Part shown: positions 43,433 to 45,264 of the stretch, piece by piece | Layout of the letters: the number at the start of each line of letters is the position of its first letter | Numbering within the stretch: the first letter of the stretch is position 1 | Sequence record: SRR22947725_510 | Length of the DNA stretch: 45,264 nucleotides | Direction: 5' to 3' (one strand) | Position numbers and translations under genes: made by a program | Notes under the pieces: generated by a model | The model's database searches: none | What the model saw: only the letters and a program-made list of their open reading frames with translations | What the model was told of the DNA's origin: nothing

Positions 43433-44893
43433 ATGGCTAAAATAACTAAACAATCAGAAAACTTCTCTAAATGGTACACCGACGTTATCCTAGAAGCAGA
43501 CCTTGCAGACTATGGGCCTGTAAAGGGAACAATGGTAATTAAACCTTACGGATATTCATTGTGGGATAATGTGAAAAATATTTTAAATAATATGATTGAA
43601 GAAACGGGTCATGAAAATGCCTATTTTCCACTCTTTATCCCAAAAAGTTTTTTGGAAAAAGAGGCAAAACATGTTGAAGGATTTGCTAAAGAATGTGCGG
43701 TTGTAACGCATTCAAAACTAGTTTCTGAAGATGGAGTATTGACCGTAGACCCTAGCTCTAAATTAGAAGAAGAGATTATTGTCCGCCCAACCTCTGAAAC
43801 AATTATTTGGCATATGTTTAAAAAATGGGTGACATCATATAGGGATCTACCTATTAAAATTAATCAATGGGCCAATGTGGTGCGTTGGGAAATGCGTACT
43901 AGGCTTTTCTTAAGAACATCAGAGTTTTTATGGCAAGAAGGTCATACAGCACACGCTACAAAAGAAGAGGCAATAAAAGAAACGCTGATGATTGTTGATA
44001 TGTATCAATCTTTATTCGAAGACCACCTTGCTATACCAACTATGATTGGTAGAAAATCTAATACGGAAAGGTTTGCTGGCGCAGATGAAACTTACTCTAT
44101 TGAAACAATGATGAGAGATAAAAAAGCACTACAAGCGGGTACCTCACATTATTTGGGTACAAATTTTGGTACAGCATTTGATGTAAAATTTCAAAGCAAA
44201 GAAAATAAAGAGCAGCCCGTTTTTGCATCAAGCTGGGGAGTTAGTACGCGCATGATAGGCGCACTAATCATGGTGCATGGTGACGACAAAGGATTGAAAA
44301 TTCCACCAAGAATTGCTCCTCACCAAGTAGTAATTATTCCTATTAATCCTAAAAATGAAGACAAGGAAAAATTTGATAATTTTGTAGATACAGCACACAA
44401 TATGTTAAAGGATAGTAATATTAGATGCTCAATAGATGACTCAAATAACAGTCCAGGATTTAAGTTCAACAACTGGGAATTAAAAGGTGCACCACTGCGT
44501 ATCGATATTGGTTTAAAAGAATTCCAAAGTGGAAATGTAACAGTTTGTCGAAGAGATACAGGGGAAAAGCTAGAAATGTCTATTAATACGTTAGATACGC
44601 TTACATCAACCTTAGAAGAGATCCAAAAGGGTATGTATGATTCTGCAAACAACTTCTTACAGGAAAATACTTTTGAATTATATGACTATAATGAGTTCAA
44701 AAAATTATTATCAAAAGAGAACTGTTTTATAAAAGCATATTGGGATGGATCTGATATTTCAGAGCTTAAAGTTAAAGAACAAACGAAGGCCACTATTCGT
44801 TGTATTTTAGAAGATGTCAATGACCCGAATTTGAAATGTATCTTTTCCGGAGAACCAGCGAAGCATCTGGTAGTATTTGCTAAAGCATATTAG
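43433..44893 (+). CDS. proS: Prolyl-tRNA synthetase, eukaryote/archaea type (no INS editing domain)
   Basis: VRPTSET, QWANVVRWE, FLWQEGHT, ALQAGTSH, SWGVSTR and C-terminal AKAY; 486 aa. Confidence 0.97.
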   Translation: MAKITKQSENFSKWYTDVILEADLADYGPVKGTMVIKPYGYSLWDNVKNILNNMIEETGHENAYFPLFIPKSFLEKEAKHVEGFAKECAVVTHSKLVSEDGVLTVDPSSKLEEEIIVRPTSETIIWHMFKKWVTSYRDLPIKINQWANVVRWEMRTRLFLRTSEFLWQEGHTAHATKEEAIKETLMIVDMYQSLFEDHLAIPTMIGRKSNTERFAGADETYSIETMMRDKKALQAGTSHYLGTNFGTAFDVKFQSKENKEQPVFASSWGVSTRMIGALIMVHGDDKGLKIPPRIAPHQVVIIPINPKNEDKEKFDNFVDTAHNMLKDSNIRCSIDDSNNSPGFKFNNWELKGAPLRIDIGLKEFQSGNVTVCRRDTGEKLEMSINTLDTLTSTLEEIQKGMYDSANNFLQENTFELYDYNEFKKLLSKENCFIKAYWDGSDISELKVKEQTKATIRCILEDVNDPNLKCIFSGEPAKHLVVFAKAY

Positions 44894-44898
44894 TTGCT

Positions 44899-45264
44899 AT
44901 GAAAAACCTAACATTTTATTCTCTATTAATTTGTTTATTATATCTTTTGTTATGGCCAGTTCCAATAAAGCCAGTATCATGGGAGTCTCCTACTCCACCA
45001 TTAATGACAGGTGTGTATGAAAAAAATGATTATTTAAAAAATATAGAGATCTCTTGGGAAAACGACGGACATTATGGGCCAGAAGACATCGTAATTCATG
45101 AGAATAATATATATGTAGGATACCATGATGGACTTATTATGCGCTCTGATGGGGAGTTTTACAATACTAATGGCCGTCCACTTGGAATGGTATTTGACGC
45201 TGAGAATAATCTAATCGTTGCTGATGCGATCCAAGGACTGATATCAATCAATCAAGATGGTATT
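44899..45264 (+). CDS. Strictosidine synthase / SMP-30-like beta-propeller protein, N-terminal part; runs off the window edge
   Basis: Manual translation: MKNLTFYSLLICLLYLLLWPVPIKPVSW...GPEDI...GRPLGMVFDAENNLIVADAIQGLISI. Confidence 0.85.
   Translation, partial: MKNLTFYSLLICLLYLLLWPVPIKPVSWESPTPPLMTGVYEKNDYLKNIEISWENDGHYGPEDIVIHENNIYVGYHDGLIMRSDGEFYNTNGRPLGMVFDAENNLIVADAIQGLISINQDGI

Overview
AT-rich, tightly packed bacterial chromosome segment around the replication origin. Gene content (TonB-dependent receptor + T9SS-type C-terminal-domain protein + PorV-like barrel, eukaryote/archaea-type ProRS) points to the FCB group, possibly Marinimicrobia (inference). Left to right: an M16 peptidase (partial), a methyltransferase, yggS, gyrA, gyrB and dnaN on the minus strand; a probable oriC (7146-7475) with DnaA boxes, DnaA-trios and an AT-rich unwinding region; surA-like PPIase, mnmG, mnmE, yidC and rpmH on the minus strand, with two parS sites bracketing mnmG; dnaA-ssb-plsC-DoxX on the plus strand; a compact purine operon (purA L M QS C E B F D N psiE H, then a quinone oxidoreductase); a hydrolase lipoprotein; a three-gene outer-membrane cassette; an M23 peptidase, a hypothetical gene, mgtE, proS and a partial strictosidine-synthase-like gene. 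No rRNA, tRNA, CRISPR array or mobile element was recognised. Most interesting: the TBDR/T9SS-cargo/PorV cassette (candidate non-SusD uptake system with a palindromic operator), a probable inversion separating dnaA from oriC-dnaN, and an atypical purine pathway (PurQ-PurS-PurS fusion, class II PurE without purK). All calls come from reading motifs by eye; no database searches were run.
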